From the IMG/VR virus record IMGVR_UViG_3300025127_000012: a stretch of DNA of 64,000 nucleotides; one strand, written 5' to 3'. The DNA comes from a virus. Of this stretch, positions 7,907 to 17,949 are shown piece by piece; position 1 is the first letter of the stretch; every line of letters begins with the position of its first letter. Both the position numbers and the translations under genes were made by a program. Below the pieces are notes generated by a model, which saw only the letters and a list, made by a program, of their open reading frames with translations, searched no databases and was not told the DNA's origin.

Positions 7907-8906
7907 CAGTAAACTCACTATAAAGTTCGTTGAATCCAAAGTCATCATCAGAGTCTAACAATGCATGATCTGCACTTGTTATGATGAATACATTTGAACT
8001 CGCTACATGTGCTGCTATGGTTGAATTATTAAACGCACGAGCAACATATAATTTGTTGTCAACAATTTTTGTGACACGCATTACCTCACTATCTATCTGA
8101 ATGTCATCTTTCAATGATATTCCAGATGCGTCTGTTACATTTATAATGCCATCATTATCATCTATATCTGCTGATACAGTTGTGACTGCATTGTTATCTC
8201 TTTCAACAAGAGATCTAGGTGTAGCAACATAACGTACCTCTCTTGGTGCAGTTCTAACTGCCTCAGTAGAGTAGTCGATAATAGTTTTCTTAATAAGTTC
8301 ACCAGACTTATCAACTACTGGACCGTACATGTATGTCTTAGCAATAAATTGCAATGTATATATTAACGTTCTTCTGGTATCGTAGTCTCCTTCGTACTCG
8401 TCTCCGTAATCAATACTTGTTAGCGTTACAGGATAATCTTTTGTCTCTCCTAATTCTGGTACAAGATTCATTGTAATATTGAAACTTGGTTGGAAGAATG
8501 GAAGTATCTGTTCTAGTATTTGTAGAGCATCATCTTGGTTCTTACTTAATATTGCTAACTCAAAATTAATATTGTAAGGAACAGGCATGAATCCTTTGTT
8601 CTCTTTACTACCTGTTGAATGTCTAATGTATTGTGTTGGTGATACCTTTCTAGTAGGATCATAATTAATACCTTGTATCTCAAATGATATTCTAGGTAAT
8701 GTGATCTGTACCTGATCCTGTGTTGTTAAGTCACCTAACTGACGTAAACGTGCTAAGAACTTTGCCTTTGGTCCATAAGCAAGAGGTACTTTCATGACCT
8801 CTGTCTTAGAACCAGACACACGTCTGATTTCTATGTTATTAAATAACGTACCGAATCCTACAACGGTCTTTTTTATTATACCGTTGTAATTATATGAACC
8901 AAGCAT
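7866..8906 (-). CDS. gp15: Tail sheath stabiliser / tail completion protein
   Basis: FGTLFNNI, VPLAYGPK, TLPRISFE, PVPYN, DALQILEQILPFFQP; synteny. Confidence 0.95.
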   Translation of the reverse strand: MLGSYNYNGIIKKTVVGFGTLFNNIEIRRVSGSKTEVMKVPLAYGPKAKFLARLRQLGDLTTQDQVQITLPRISFEIQGINYDPTRKVSPTQYIRHSTGSKENKGFMPVPYNINFELAILSKNQDDALQILEQILPFFQPSFNITMNLVPELGETKDYPVTLTSIDYGDEYEGDYDTRRTLIYTLQFIAKTYMYGPVVDKSGELIKKTIIDYSTEAVRTAPREVRYVATPRSLVERDNNAVTTVSADIDDNDGIINVTDASGISLKDDIQIDSEVMRVTKIVDNKLYVARAFNNSTIAAHVASSNVFIITSADHALLDSDDDFGFNELYSEFTDGKSRNPTTGADE

Positions 8907-9781
8907 TAGATAGAACCTCCACTATTTCCAAATTCACCGAATGGATTGCCTTGTGTAAAGTCTAGTATACCATCGGCAGTCGTCTCAATAGACGCATTGA
9001 TATCAAATTCGGAGTTAGTATTATTTATTGTATTATATGATGCAGTTGTGAACGATGCACTAGATGTGCCACCAGTGATCGTTTCTGGGACCGTGAAGGT
9101 GCCTGATCTGTTAATCACTATCAAAGTATTGGTTGAACTATCAAATGACTTAACCTCAGCAGTAACATTAGATGTACCACCAGTTACAGTTTCACCAGCA
9201 GTGAATGTTCCAGATCCACCAGCAACTAGACCAACTGTGATAGCATTGGCAAAGTTCTGCTCTAATGCATCTACTGCTGCCACACCAGTATCGATATCCT
9301 CGTCGCTGTACTCGAACAACTCACAGCGTAAACCCCAAACATAGTTCTTACCAAACTGGTAGAAAGGTTGTTCGTGCTCTACAAACTGTATCTCAAAAGT
9401 TTTATTTGCCATAGGCAAATGTATTAGGTCACCTTCGTTAGGTCTACCCTCTACAATTAAAGTTGCATTATCGTCTACTGCTGCTGTAAATCTTGACCTT
9501 GATATAACAAAGGTGATTTGGTCTTGTATTCTGACTCCAAACTTAGAGAAAATATCACCGTCGCCCCTAAAACCACCAGCATCTTCAATGTACGCTTCAA
9601 TTAAGTGTGCTCCTTCAAACTTAGAGAGGGTATCCTCCCCGAAGACGCTATCTTCTTTAACAAGAGTTCTCGGGATATAGTAGACATCTTTGCCGAACAT
9701 TTTAATCTGCTCTGTGACAAGAGACTCTTGTAAATCTTGCTCTCCTGTTGTACCGTTGGTAAAGTAACTGTTAGTTGCCAT
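8906..9781 (-). CDS. gp14: Neck protein
   Basis: GKDVYYIPR, FGED, SKFGV, RPNEGDLI, PFYQFGK, C-terminal NPFG. Confidence 0.95.
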   Translation of the reverse strand: MATNSYFTNGTTGEQDLQESLVTEQIKMFGKDVYYIPRTLVKEDSVFGEDTLSKFEGAHLIEAYIEDAGGFRGDGDIFSKFGVRIQDQITFVISRSRFTAAVDDNATLIVEGRPNEGDLIHLPMANKTFEIQFVEHEQPFYQFGKNYVWGLRCELFEYSDEDIDTGVAAVDALEQNFANAITVGLVAGGSGTFTAGETVTGGTSNVTAEVKSFDSSTNTLIVINRSGTFTVPETITGGTSSASFTTASYNTINNTNSEFDINASIETTADGILDFTQGNPFGEFGNSGGSI

Positions 9782-9782
9782 A

Positions 9783-10583
9783 TCATCCTATCATGTCTAA
9801 TGGAGGAGTTTCCCATGTGGTGCGAAGTTGCTCATCAAGGATCTTTAATTCCTCAACAGCATCATTATAAATCATCTCTCCGTTAAGAGTGATACCACCT
9901 GGCATTTGAACGCTAGTAAATTTAGTAAGGTTTGATCCCCACTGTTTCTTTATCTTTGCAGTAGCATAGTCCTTTAACCACATCTGATTATATATCTCAG
10001 TCCATGTGTCAGGTTGTAATGCTCTCCAACATTTTATAACAATATACTGATCTTCTAGTGCATCTTGTGACCAGTCAAAATCTAAGTAAACTTTATCTTG
10101 TACTGCTTGATATCTTACTGGGTGCATACCTTCTAGTATGAAATCAATAGTCTCTAAGTGTTGTTGTATCATATAGTAATGATAGAACTGTGTAGATGTA
10201 AAATCATACAAGTCATTCAAACGCATTTGATATCTAATATCAAACATGTTTCTAGTACCTTTGTCTGTAAATTTAAAGATACCTTCAATAGATGTTATAT
10301 GTTCTGGTACAGGAACAAATGCATTCTGTTCTGACCATTCAGTAGTACCATCTGTTGCTAATGATGTTGAGTTTGCTTTACCAGCATCAATTTCTGCCTG
10401 TGTAAATTTATGTTTTAGATAAACACGTTCAGCACCTTCATAGTGATACTGTTGAAATTTCTGTATAGCATAATCCAAGTTATCATCAACCTGATCATCA
10501 GACACGTTGATTTCTAATACTGGTTTACCGAGTCTACGGAGACAGTATTCTTTTAATTCTGCTTTTGAGGTTGGGGATGCCAT
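9783..10583 (-). CDS. gp13: Neck protein
   Basis: ELKEYCLRRLGKPVLEINV, WLKDYATAKIKKQWGSNLTKF, MPGGITLNG. Confidence 0.96.
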   Translation of the reverse strand: MASPTSKAELKEYCLRRLGKPVLEINVSDDQVDDNLDYAIQKFQQYHYEGAERVYLKHKFTQAEIDAGKANSTSLATDGTTEWSEQNAFVPVPEHITSIEGIFKFTDKGTRNMFDIRYQMRLNDLYDFTSTQFYHYYMIQQHLETIDFILEGMHPVRYQAVQDKVYLDFDWSQDALEDQYIVIKCWRALQPDTWTEIYNQMWLKDYATAKIKKQWGSNLTKFTSVQMPGGITLNGEMIYNDAVEELKILDEQLRTTWETPPLDMIG

Positions 10584-10587
10584 TTAA

Positions 10588-13500
10588 TTAACTCCTTGCT
10601 AGTGCAAGTAATGCATTTTTAAGAGCAGTTACTGTTGTTATTGAGTTGTCATTACCAATCGCAACTAACTGAGTATAGATGTCGTCAATGTCAGTGTCGT
10701 TAGCGTCTGCCTTAGTACCTTGTGCAGCAGTAGCATAAGCAGTGGTATTAGTAGCAGCAGCAGTTCCTAATGTGGGTTTGTTGCTTAGATCATCATAATC
10801 ATTAGATGTCGCAACAGCACCAAGAGAAGGTGCACCAGTTAGGTCTGCATATGCACCAGAGAATAATGTAGGTTTACCAGTTAGATCATTATATGCACCA
10901 GAGAATAATGTAGGTTTACCAGATAGGTCATTGTATGCCCCAGAGAATACTGTTGGCAATGTGACACTCATCACACCAGTTGAAGCATTATATGATAAGT
11001 CTCCACCAGCACTGATTGCAGAACGTGCACGAGCAGTTGTGTGATAAAGATTAGTTCCTTCTGATAGATCGCTTGTAGATGCAGCAGCAATTCTTGCGTC
11101 TGCTCTTGCATTAGTAAAGTATAGATTGCTTCCTTCTGATAGGTCACTTGTAGATGCAGCAGCGATTCTAGCGTCTGCCCTAGCATTAGTGAAGTATAGG
11201 TTAGAAGAACCTTCTGATAAATCATCTGTATCAGCAGCAGCGATTCTTGCATCTGCCCTAGCATCAGCACGAGCGTTAGTGAAGTAGAGGTTAGTACCCT
11301 CTGCTAAATCTGCTGTATCATGATTAGAAAGAGAAGCAATAGTTGTTGGTATTGTGTATGAGAATACACCAGTAGAAGCGTTATATGATAGATCACCAGT
11401 AGCACTCAAATGTCCACGAGTTCTGGCAGCAGTAATGAATAGATTTGTGCTACCCTCAGTTATGTTGTCAGTATTGATATCTGACTGTGTAACTTGAAGA
11501 CCACCACTACCATCATGCTGAATACCAGTGCCATATGTGAATGAGTTACGAACTCTTGCTTGTGTATGATACTTGTTGCTGGATCCTTCTACAACGTTGT
11601 CTGTATCAAACTCTGTAAAGTCAGCAGAGATTGATAGAATATTACCTGAGTCATTGTAAGTTGCAGATATACCTGTACCACCATCAATTAGTGCAGCAAC
11701 ACGATCATCAACTCTTTCGTTAGTGAAGTATAGATTTGTAGATCCCTCAGCAAGAGCATCAGTATCATGGTTTGCAATACTACCAACTTGTGCCTGACCG
11801 TAAGTAATAGCACCAGTAATAGTCAAGTTACCTTGAACTTCAAAGTCAGTTGTTGATCGGAAGTTTGTAACAGTAAGTCTGTTAGAAGATGGATTATATC
11901 TTAGGTTAGTAGAGTCAGTTCTTATCTCAGTGTTTCCAGATGTTGCAGAAACAAATGTTGGGAAGAAGTCTAAGTTAGTAGATGCTGTCTCAGTTACATC
12001 AACTAATGATGCAGTATCTGCATTACCTGTCAACGCACCAGTTACGTTACCAGTGATCTGACCTGTGACTCCAAGTGTGCCACCGATAGTTGCATTGTTT
12101 GTAACTCCAAGAGAACCAAGTGTAGATAGACCAGTGATCTCTGCATTACCACTTGTTGAGTGGAATGTAATCTTGTCTTGATTAGAACCGTTTTGTAATT
12201 TAAGAGTCTTTGTAGATCCTCTGACAATTACATTGTCTTTGATTGTTGTAGCAGAATCAACAGTAAGTGTACCATCAATCTGTGCATTACCATCTACATT
12301 AAGATCAGAATCAAAGTCTACGTTTTGTGTAACTTGTAGAGTATCATCAATAATTGTACGACCACCAACATCAAGTGTTCCTGCCATATCCAAGTTACCA
12401 GAGTTGGATAGTACAGTAAACTTACTTGTACCAACGTTGAATGTACCACCGATTGTTGTAGCACCAGTGGTGTCTATTGTGGAGACATCAAGAGTTGTTA
12501 GAGTTGTGTTTCCTGTGACATCTAATGTACCAGTGATATCTGTGTTACCTGTTCCACCAGCGACTGAGAATTTAGTTGCAGCGTTTGCACCAACTTTGAA
12601 TCCTGTATTGACGAATAGATCAGCACCGATAGTTGCACCACCAGTAACCATCAATGCAGCATTTGCAGATAAGTTTGCTGGGTTAGTAGAGTTAACTGCT
12701 TTTAAGAAGTTATTAGATGTGACGATACCAGTTACATCTACGGTCTCATCAACAACTAATGTACCACCTATATTTGTATTACCATTGTCAGAGTCAATAG
12801 TGAACTGAGTAGTTCCTGCTTGGTTCTCTACTGCAAAGACTAAGTTGTCACCGTTGACTGTTACATTGCTCTGGAATGTAGCATTACCATCTACGTTTAA
12901 CTGCTGATCAAGGTCAACATTGTTAGTAACGTTAAGAGTATTAGTAATGGTAGTAGCACCATTTACATCTAGGGTTCCCTGTATATCTGTATTTCCGTTG
13001 TCAGTATCAACTGTAAGTTTATTAACACCACCAGCAGTCTGAATTGCAACAACTTTGTTGTCTGCCTTGACAGTTAAACCATCTGTAATTGTTGTTAGAT
13101 TGTCAACGTCAAGTGTACCATTAATTGTGAGGTTGTCATCAACAATAGTCTCACCAGTAGCAGAATCAATAGTTAGGTTACCAGTTGATGTGCTGATTTC
13201 TGATGTACCATCAACACCGATCTTGATGTTCTTAGCAGTGATCTGTTCTGATGTAATAGCAGCATTGAAATCAGATGTTGCATTGACAGTCAATGAATCT
13301 GTATTAGCATCACCAAGAGTTGTATTTCCGTCTACCTGTAAACTTCCATCTACCTCAGCATTGTCTGTGATGTGTACCTTACCACCTTGTGAGTCGAGGA
13401 TAAGGTTACCAGTTGTGGTACTAATTTCATTGTTAGCATCGACCCCGATCTTGATCGCGTCTGCGGTGATGTCTGTGGAGGTGATTGCTTGATTAAACTG

Positions 13501-16500
13501 GACTGTTCCAGTAACTGAGTGACTATCTCCTGATGCGTTACCGATAGTAGTATTACCATCGACAGTAAGAGTGCCATCAACCTTAGTATTACCGTCAACA
13601 TTTAAGTCTCCATCCACGTCAGCGTGGTCTGTTATGTTTACTGTACCACCAGCAGAATCTAATATTAGATTACCAGATGATGTAGATATTTCGTTAGCAG
13701 CATCAGTACCAACTTTAAGGTTTCTGATGTTAAATCTTGCATTACCAGTTACTGCCTGATTGAACTGTACAGTACCAGTAACAGCGTGTGAGTCACCCGC
13801 CTGATTACCAATCGTAGCGTTACCATTGACAGTGAATGTACCATTAGCAAATGTGTTACCTGTCTGGGCATCAACTGTAAATGTAGAAGCAACAGCGAAG
13901 TCATCTGTTACATCGAGCGTGCCAGTGATATCGACATTTCCACCAAACGATCCATTGTCTCCGACTGTGAGATCATCACCGACGTATAGATCCAATCCGA
14001 TACCAGCACCGCCCCCAACGATGAGAGTCCCAGTAGCACTATTCGTTGCATTTGTTGTATTAAATAATTTTATGGACCCTGCGTCAATTCCTGACTTGGT
14101 ACCACTGAACACCTCCGAGTTGTTTGCTGCATCATGTAAGAATACATATCTTAATGCAGAATCATCCCACCCGAAGAATCCTATTTTAGCAGAAGAATTG
14201 AAATAACGGAACTCCACACCACGATCTTTTGCATCGTCAGATCCAGGAGCAGTGTCTCCACCCAATGTAATTATGGGGTCATCTAGTGTAACCGTAGTGC
14301 TGTTAACAGTTGTTGTAGTTCCATTGACTGTTAGGTTACCTTCTATTAATGCGTTTGTATTTACAGTTAGACTTCCATCAACTGTGACATTATCTGTAAA
14401 TTGTGAAACAGAATTTACTGTAAGAGTATCGGTGTTTGCATTACCGATAATTACGTTGTCAGTAAATGTTGCTAGATCATTGATTGTGGTATTACCATGA
14501 ACAGTTAATGTACCTGTGCCTTGTCCACTTCTACCAATGATTGTATTACCATTATCAAAGTCAATAGAGAACTGTGTCTGTGCAGCGTTGTTATTAATGT
14601 TTAATACTTCGTTGTCAGACTGTAAGATTAGAGAATCATAAATTGTTGTTTGACCATCAACTGTAAGAGTTGAATTGAAATCTACTGCTTGATCTACATT
14701 AAGAGTAGAATCAAAATCTACTGCCTGATTAACTGTAAGGTTATCAGTAAATACAGCGTCAGCATTTACTGTAAGATTATCAGATGCTTGGTTACCTAAT
14801 GTTGTATTACCATTTACAGATAGGTTTGTCTCGAAGATAGCATTAGATCCTACATCTAATGTACCTCTGATATCTGTATTACCATTTGTAGATAGAACAG
14901 AGAACTTATCTTGTGATCCATTTGTGATCTTAAAGTTCTTACCAGTTGTATCAAGAGTGATGTTGTTATGGAATAATGAGTTGCCATCAACATCTAATTC
15001 TGCATTTAATGTAACGTTGTTATCAACATCGAGAGTACTGTTGAGTGTAACACCACTGTCTACATCAAGAGTACCATCTGTGTGTATATTACCATTGTCA
15101 GTATCTACCTCAAACTTACTGACACCAGCAGCAGTTTGAATATCAAACTTTTTATTGTCTGCTTTTATTATTAAGTTATCTGTTATCTCAGTTTCTAACT
15201 GTACATCTAATGTACCTTCGATTACTGTATTACCTGTGCTTGATGCAACTGTAAATTTATCAGTTGTACCAGATCTTACTGCAAAGTTTGCATCAATATC
15301 AACTGTGCCATCTATCTCAACGTTACCATTCAAGTGGGTTGTACCACCAACGTTAAGATTTTCAGAAATTCCTGCACCACCAGTTACAACTAATGTACCT
15401 GTTGTAGGTGTCTTCCAAGTAGATCCTGTGTTTGTTGTTAGTCTGAGGTTACCAGCGATGATAGGAGCATCAGTACCAGTAAAAACTTCACTTGTGTTAG
15501 TCGCGTTGTAGAGGAAGCGATACCCACCAGTGCCAGACCACATGTTAGCGTTCGCATAATCTTCGTCCCACCCATAGAATCCTTTTCTTGCCTGTGTATC
15601 GTAATAAGAGAACTCGACACCACGATCCTTATTGTCATCTGATACAGGTGTAGTATCTCCACCTAATACAATGATAGGATCATCAATAGTTACAACAGTT
15701 GAGTTAACAGTTGTTGTAGTACCATCTACTTGTAAGTCACCACGAATCTGAACTTTACCAGTTGCAGTATCGTCATCACCTGGGTCTAAGATCATAGTAG
15801 CAGCAGTGCTACTTAGAGTATCATCTTGGAATTGGAAACCTTCTACGTTTACTCTATTAGAAACGTTAGTTGCATTGATTGTAATATCATTTTCTGATGT
15901 GATATCAATCTTTGCATCACCAGCACCAGAGTTTGTAGCGTTGATTAAGACTGTTCTAGCACTAGAACTGTTTTGAGTTAACTGGAATGTTAAATTACCA
16001 TCACCAGTCTTATCAAGTTTCTGATCAACAGAACCATCAAGTGTAATGTCAGGATCACTATAATATGATCTGACGTTTATGTCAATCTCTCCTGCTCCAC
16101 TATCACCAGTGTTATTAGCACCAACTAATAGGTTACCACTGGTATCATTAATTTTAATATAGTTTAAGTAATTGAATCCTCTGTAACCTGTGGTTGCAGT
16201 TAATTCTTGATCTAGTTCAAAGTCTTCTTTTGTATTACCGTCTGCAAATGAAACTCTGTTATTTTGTAGTTGTGTATTATCTACCCCTGCCTGTGCAATA
16301 GTAACGAAACCACCTTCGTAGTTACCAGCAGCATTCCATGATGTTACATCAAAATCTTCTTGGTTGAATGATGCTAGACCTTTCTGTGGACTTAGAGCAG
16401 ATCCGAGATATCTCCAAGATCCTGTATCACTGGTGTCGGTGTGTGTAGGTTCGCTGCCACCACTGTTAATAGGAGCGATAGCCTCATAGAGGCGATCATT

Positions 16501-17424
16501 TGAATTTTTAACCTTTGCATATCGTGCATATGTTGTTCCTGAGTTCCATGCTGCTGATTCTGTACCCTGTGTAGCAGTAGCAATAGGTGCTGTTGCTGCA
16601 TATGTTAATCTACCATATCTGTCTACTGTAAAGTCAGGTGTATTAACTGTTTGGTGAATACTTGATGTTTCTGATACAGATAACTGAGGTTGATCTAATG
16701 ATACAGATCCTGTTGGGTTGTATGATCCAACAACAACTGGTGTATCAGCAAGTCCTACCTGTGGGTCACCTGTTGCACCAGAACCATTGGTCATAACGAT
16801 CTGACCAGATGCACCTGTAATCTGTCTAGTTACAGCAGTTCCATTTCCAGTTCTTGATAATAAACCAAGAGATGTTATAGCAGCAAGTGCAATTAGATCT
16901 GGGTCACTTGGTGTCGCGTCAGTGATACCATATCCTGCTAGTGTTGTAGGGTTATTAGCAGTAGTAACACGACCACGAGAGTCAAGTGTAATTTGAGTAT
17001 AAGTTCCAGTCGCGCTAAGATTGTTTGCGTCATAGTGAGGTAGACCTGGTTGGTAGTTTAGTTCAGCAGTAATGTTAATGTTTGCAGAACCATCAAAACT
17101 AGCAGAACCAGTCATGTCACCTGTTAGGGTGAATGATCTAGCGTTAGCAAGTCTAGTCGCAGTAGCAGCGTTACCAACGATTGAAGCAGTAATGGCACCC
17201 GCTTCAAAGTTACCGTCAGCGTCACGCTTAACAAGTGTATTTGCAGTATTACTTTCAGTTTCTAGTGGACGTTCATATTTCAGTGAGTTCCATGGTGTAA
17301 CACCATCACCGATTTTTAGACGCGAGGTATCGAGTTCAATACCAAGTTCGCCCTGTGCAAGAATTGGGTTGACGTTTGCCCATTGCTGTGCACCGTCACG
17401 TCGTAGTTGTAGTCTATTTGCCAT
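10588..17424 (-). CDS. Large tail fibre / fibre-like adhesin (2278 aa)
   Basis: Mtd_N-like N-terminus (QLRRD..W...NPILAQGELG.E.DT...KIGDG...WNSL.Y), fibre motifs PTTLAGYGITDA and TVDRYGR, long beta-helix-like repeats, C-terminal tandem repeats. Confidence 0.85.
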   Translation of the reverse strand: MANRLQLRRDGAQQWANVNPILAQGELGIELDTSRLKIGDGVTPWNSLKYERPLETESNTANTLVKRDADGNFEAGAITASIVGNAATATRLANARSFTLTGDMTGSASFDGSANINITAELNYQPGLPHYDANNLSATGTYTQITLDSRGRVTTANNPTTLAGYGITDATPSDPDLIALAAITSLGLLSRTGNGTAVTRQITGASGQIVMTNGSGATGDPQVGLADTPVVVGSYNPTGSVSLDQPQLSVSETSSIHQTVNTPDFTVDRYGRLTYAATAPIATATQGTESAAWNSGTTYARYAKVKNSNDRLYEAIAPINSGGSEPTHTDTSDTGSWRYLGSALSPQKGLASFNQEDFDVTSWNAAGNYEGGFVTIAQAGVDNTQLQNNRVSFADGNTKEDFELDQELTATTGYRGFNYLNYIKINDTSGNLLVGANNTGDSGAGEIDINVRSYYSDPDITLDGSVDQKLDKTGDGNLTFQLTQNSSSARTVLINATNSGAGDAKIDITSENDITINATNVSNRVNVEGFQFQDDTLSSTAATMILDPGDDDTATGKVQIRGDLQVDGTTTTVNSTVVTIDDPIIVLGGDTTPVSDDNKDRGVEFSYYDTQARKGFYGWDEDYANANMWSGTGGYRFLYNATNTSEVFTGTDAPIIAGNLRLTTNTGSTWKTPTTGTLVVTGGAGISENLNVGGTTHLNGNVEIDGTVDIDANFAVRSGTTDKFTVASSTGNTVIEGTLDVQLETEITDNLIIKADNKKFDIQTAAGVSKFEVDTDNGNIHTDGTLDVDSGVTLNSTLDVDNNVTLNAELDVDGNSLFHNNITLDTTGKNFKITNGSQDKFSVLSTNGNTDIRGTLDVGSNAIFETNLSVNGNTTLGNQASDNLTVNADAVFTDNLTVNQAVDFDSTLNVDQAVDFNSTLTVDGQTTIYDSLILQSDNEVLNINNNAAQTQFSIDFDNGNTIIGRSGQGTGTLTVHGNTTINDLATFTDNVIIGNANTDTLTVNSVSQFTDNVTVDGSLTVNTNALIEGNLTVNGTTTTVNSTTVTLDDPIITLGGDTAPGSDDAKDRGVEFRYFNSSAKIGFFGWDDSALRYVFLHDAANNSEVFSGTKSGIDAGSIKLFNTTNATNSATGTLIVGGGAGIGLDLYVGDDLTVGDNGSFGGNVDITGTLDVTDDFAVASTFTVDAQTGNTFANGTFTVNGNATIGNQAGDSHAVTGTVQFNQAVTGNARFNIRNLKVGTDAANEISTSSGNLILDSAGGTVNITDHADVDGDLNVDGNTKVDGTLTVDGNTTIGNASGDSHSVTGTVQFNQAITSTDITADAIKIGVDANNEISTTTGNLILDSQGGKVHITDNAEVDGSLQVDGNTTLGDANTDSLTVNATSDFNAAITSEQITAKNIKIGVDGTSEISTSTGNLTIDSATGETIVDDNLTINGTLDVDNLTTITDGLTVKADNKVVAIQTAGGVNKLTVDTDNGNTDIQGTLDVNGATTITNTLNVTNNVDLDQQLNVDGNATFQSNVTVNGDNLVFAVENQAGTTQFTIDSDNGNTNIGGTLVVDETVDVTGIVTSNNFLKAVNSTNPANLSANAALMVTGGATIGADLFVNTGFKVGANAATKFSVAGGTGNTDITGTLDVTGNTTLTTLDVSTIDTTGATTIGGTFNVGTSKFTVLSNSGNLDMAGTLDVGGRTIIDDTLQVTQNVDFDSDLNVDGNAQIDGTLTVDSATTIKDNVIVRGSTKTLKLQNGSNQDKITFHSTSGNAEITGLSTLGSLGVTNNATIGGTLGVTGQITGNVTGALTGNADTASLVDVTETASTNLDFFPTFVSATSGNTEIRTDSTNLRYNPSSNRLTVTNFRSTTDFEVQGNLTITGAITYGQAQVGSIANHDTDALAEGSTNLYFTNERVDDRVAALIDGGTGISATYNDSGNILSISADFTEFDTDNVVEGSSNKYHTQARVRNSFTYGTGIQHDGSGGLQVTQSDINTDNITEGSTNLFITAARTRGHLSATGDLSYNASTGVFSYTIPTTIASLSNHDTADLAEGTNLYFTNARADARADARIAAADTDDLSEGSSNLYFTNARADARIAAASTSDLSEGSNLYFTNARADARIAAASTSDLSEGTNLYHTTARARSAISAGGDLSYNASTGVMSVTLPTVFSGAYNDLSGKPTLFSGAYNDLTGKPTLFSGAYADLTGAPSLGAVATSNDYDDLSNKPTLGTAAATNTTAYATAAQGTKADANDTDIDDIYTQLVAIGNDNSITTVTALKNALLALARS
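10770..10960 (-). repeat. 14-aa (42-bp) tandem repeat PTLFSGAYNDLxGK, about 4 copies
   Basis: PTVFSGAYNDLSGK-PTLFSGAYNDLTGK-PTLFSGAYADLTGA-PSLGAVATSNDYDDLSNK; DNA gcaccagagaataatgtaggtttaccag recurs 42 bp apart. Confidence 0.9.
11010..11770 (-). repeat. About 24-aa repeat T(S/D)DLSEGSNLYFTNARADARIAAA; four near-tandem and three dispersed copies
   Basis: Seen in the translation and as roughly 72-bp DNA periodicity at 11040-11330. Confidence 0.9.
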
Positions 17425-17458
17425 TGTTTATATCGAATGACACAAGGAGGTCTCCTGT

Positions 17459-17466
17459 TATTTATA
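17459..17466 (-). promoter_or_regulatory. T4-type late promoter TATAAATA upstream of the tail fibre
   Basis: Exact consensus, intergenic, 35 nt before ATG 17424. Confidence 0.85.
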
Positions 17467-17480
17467 CCGCAAATACGATG

Positions 17481-17711
17481 CTACTCGACTGATGCTGGTG
17501 TTCCTGGTGCTTCCTCTGTCTTTGCTTCTGGTGTATGTGGATAAAGATATTCCAAAGTTTCTATCGCACCTAACAGTTTTAGTGCAGTAGTTTCATTGTC
17601 TCTAATCTTATTACTTAATGATTTGTTCTCATCAAGTATCTTTTGATAGCGGGTCTTGAACCCTTCAAGTAGTTCATCAGGTGAACTGTTTTCTTTCACA
17701 TCAACTGTCAT
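17481..17711 (-). CDS. Small coiled-coil hypothetical protein
   Basis: Heptad pattern ending LKLLGAIETLEYL; sits between VrlC-like and fibre genes (possible fibre chaperone). Confidence 0.7.
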   Translation of the reverse strand: MTVDVKENSSPDELLEGFKTRYQKILDENKSLSNKIRDNETTALKLLGAIETLEYLYPHTPEAKTEEAPGTPASVE

Positions 17712-17949
17712 TTTCTTTGTTAATAAGTTTCAGTAGTAAATTTTTGATGTCAGAAACATCAGATTTAAGTTCGTTTACTTCACCTTGCAGATCAGTAAAT
17801 TCCCTCTTCTTCTTTTGCCTTTGATTATACGACTGCATATATTTATCGTACTCGTCAGAGTCCCGATACACAATCGCATTACTTTCGCTATCACGAAACA
17901 AACCTTTATTTTCTTCTCCTTCAACAGGGATGAATCTAGGTTTATCCAT
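17701..17949 (-). CDS. Conserved T4-like hypothetical protein with C-terminal coiled coil
   Basis: VEG...LFRD..SNAIV...Y..Y and LKSDVSDIKNLL; coupled to the VrlC-like stop. Confidence 0.8.
   Translation of the reverse strand: MDKPRFIPVEGEENKGLFRDSESNAIVYRDSDEYDKYMQSYNQRQKKKREFTDLQGEVNELKSDVSDIKNLLLKLINKENDS

Noticed and set aside
7907-7948. Longer N-terminus for gp16 given in the ORF track
   Set aside because: Adds overlap with gp15 without recognisable sequence; ATG 7906 is more plausible.
10588-17424. Diversity-generating retroelement suggested by the Mtd_N-like fibre N-terminus
   Set aside because: No reverse transcriptase, no adenine-specific TR/VR pair and no C-terminal CLec domain seen.
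17445-17456. aggag-gt-ctcct palindrome after the fibre late promoter
   Set aside because: 5-bp arms with a 2-nt loop and no U-tract; not supportable as a terminator.
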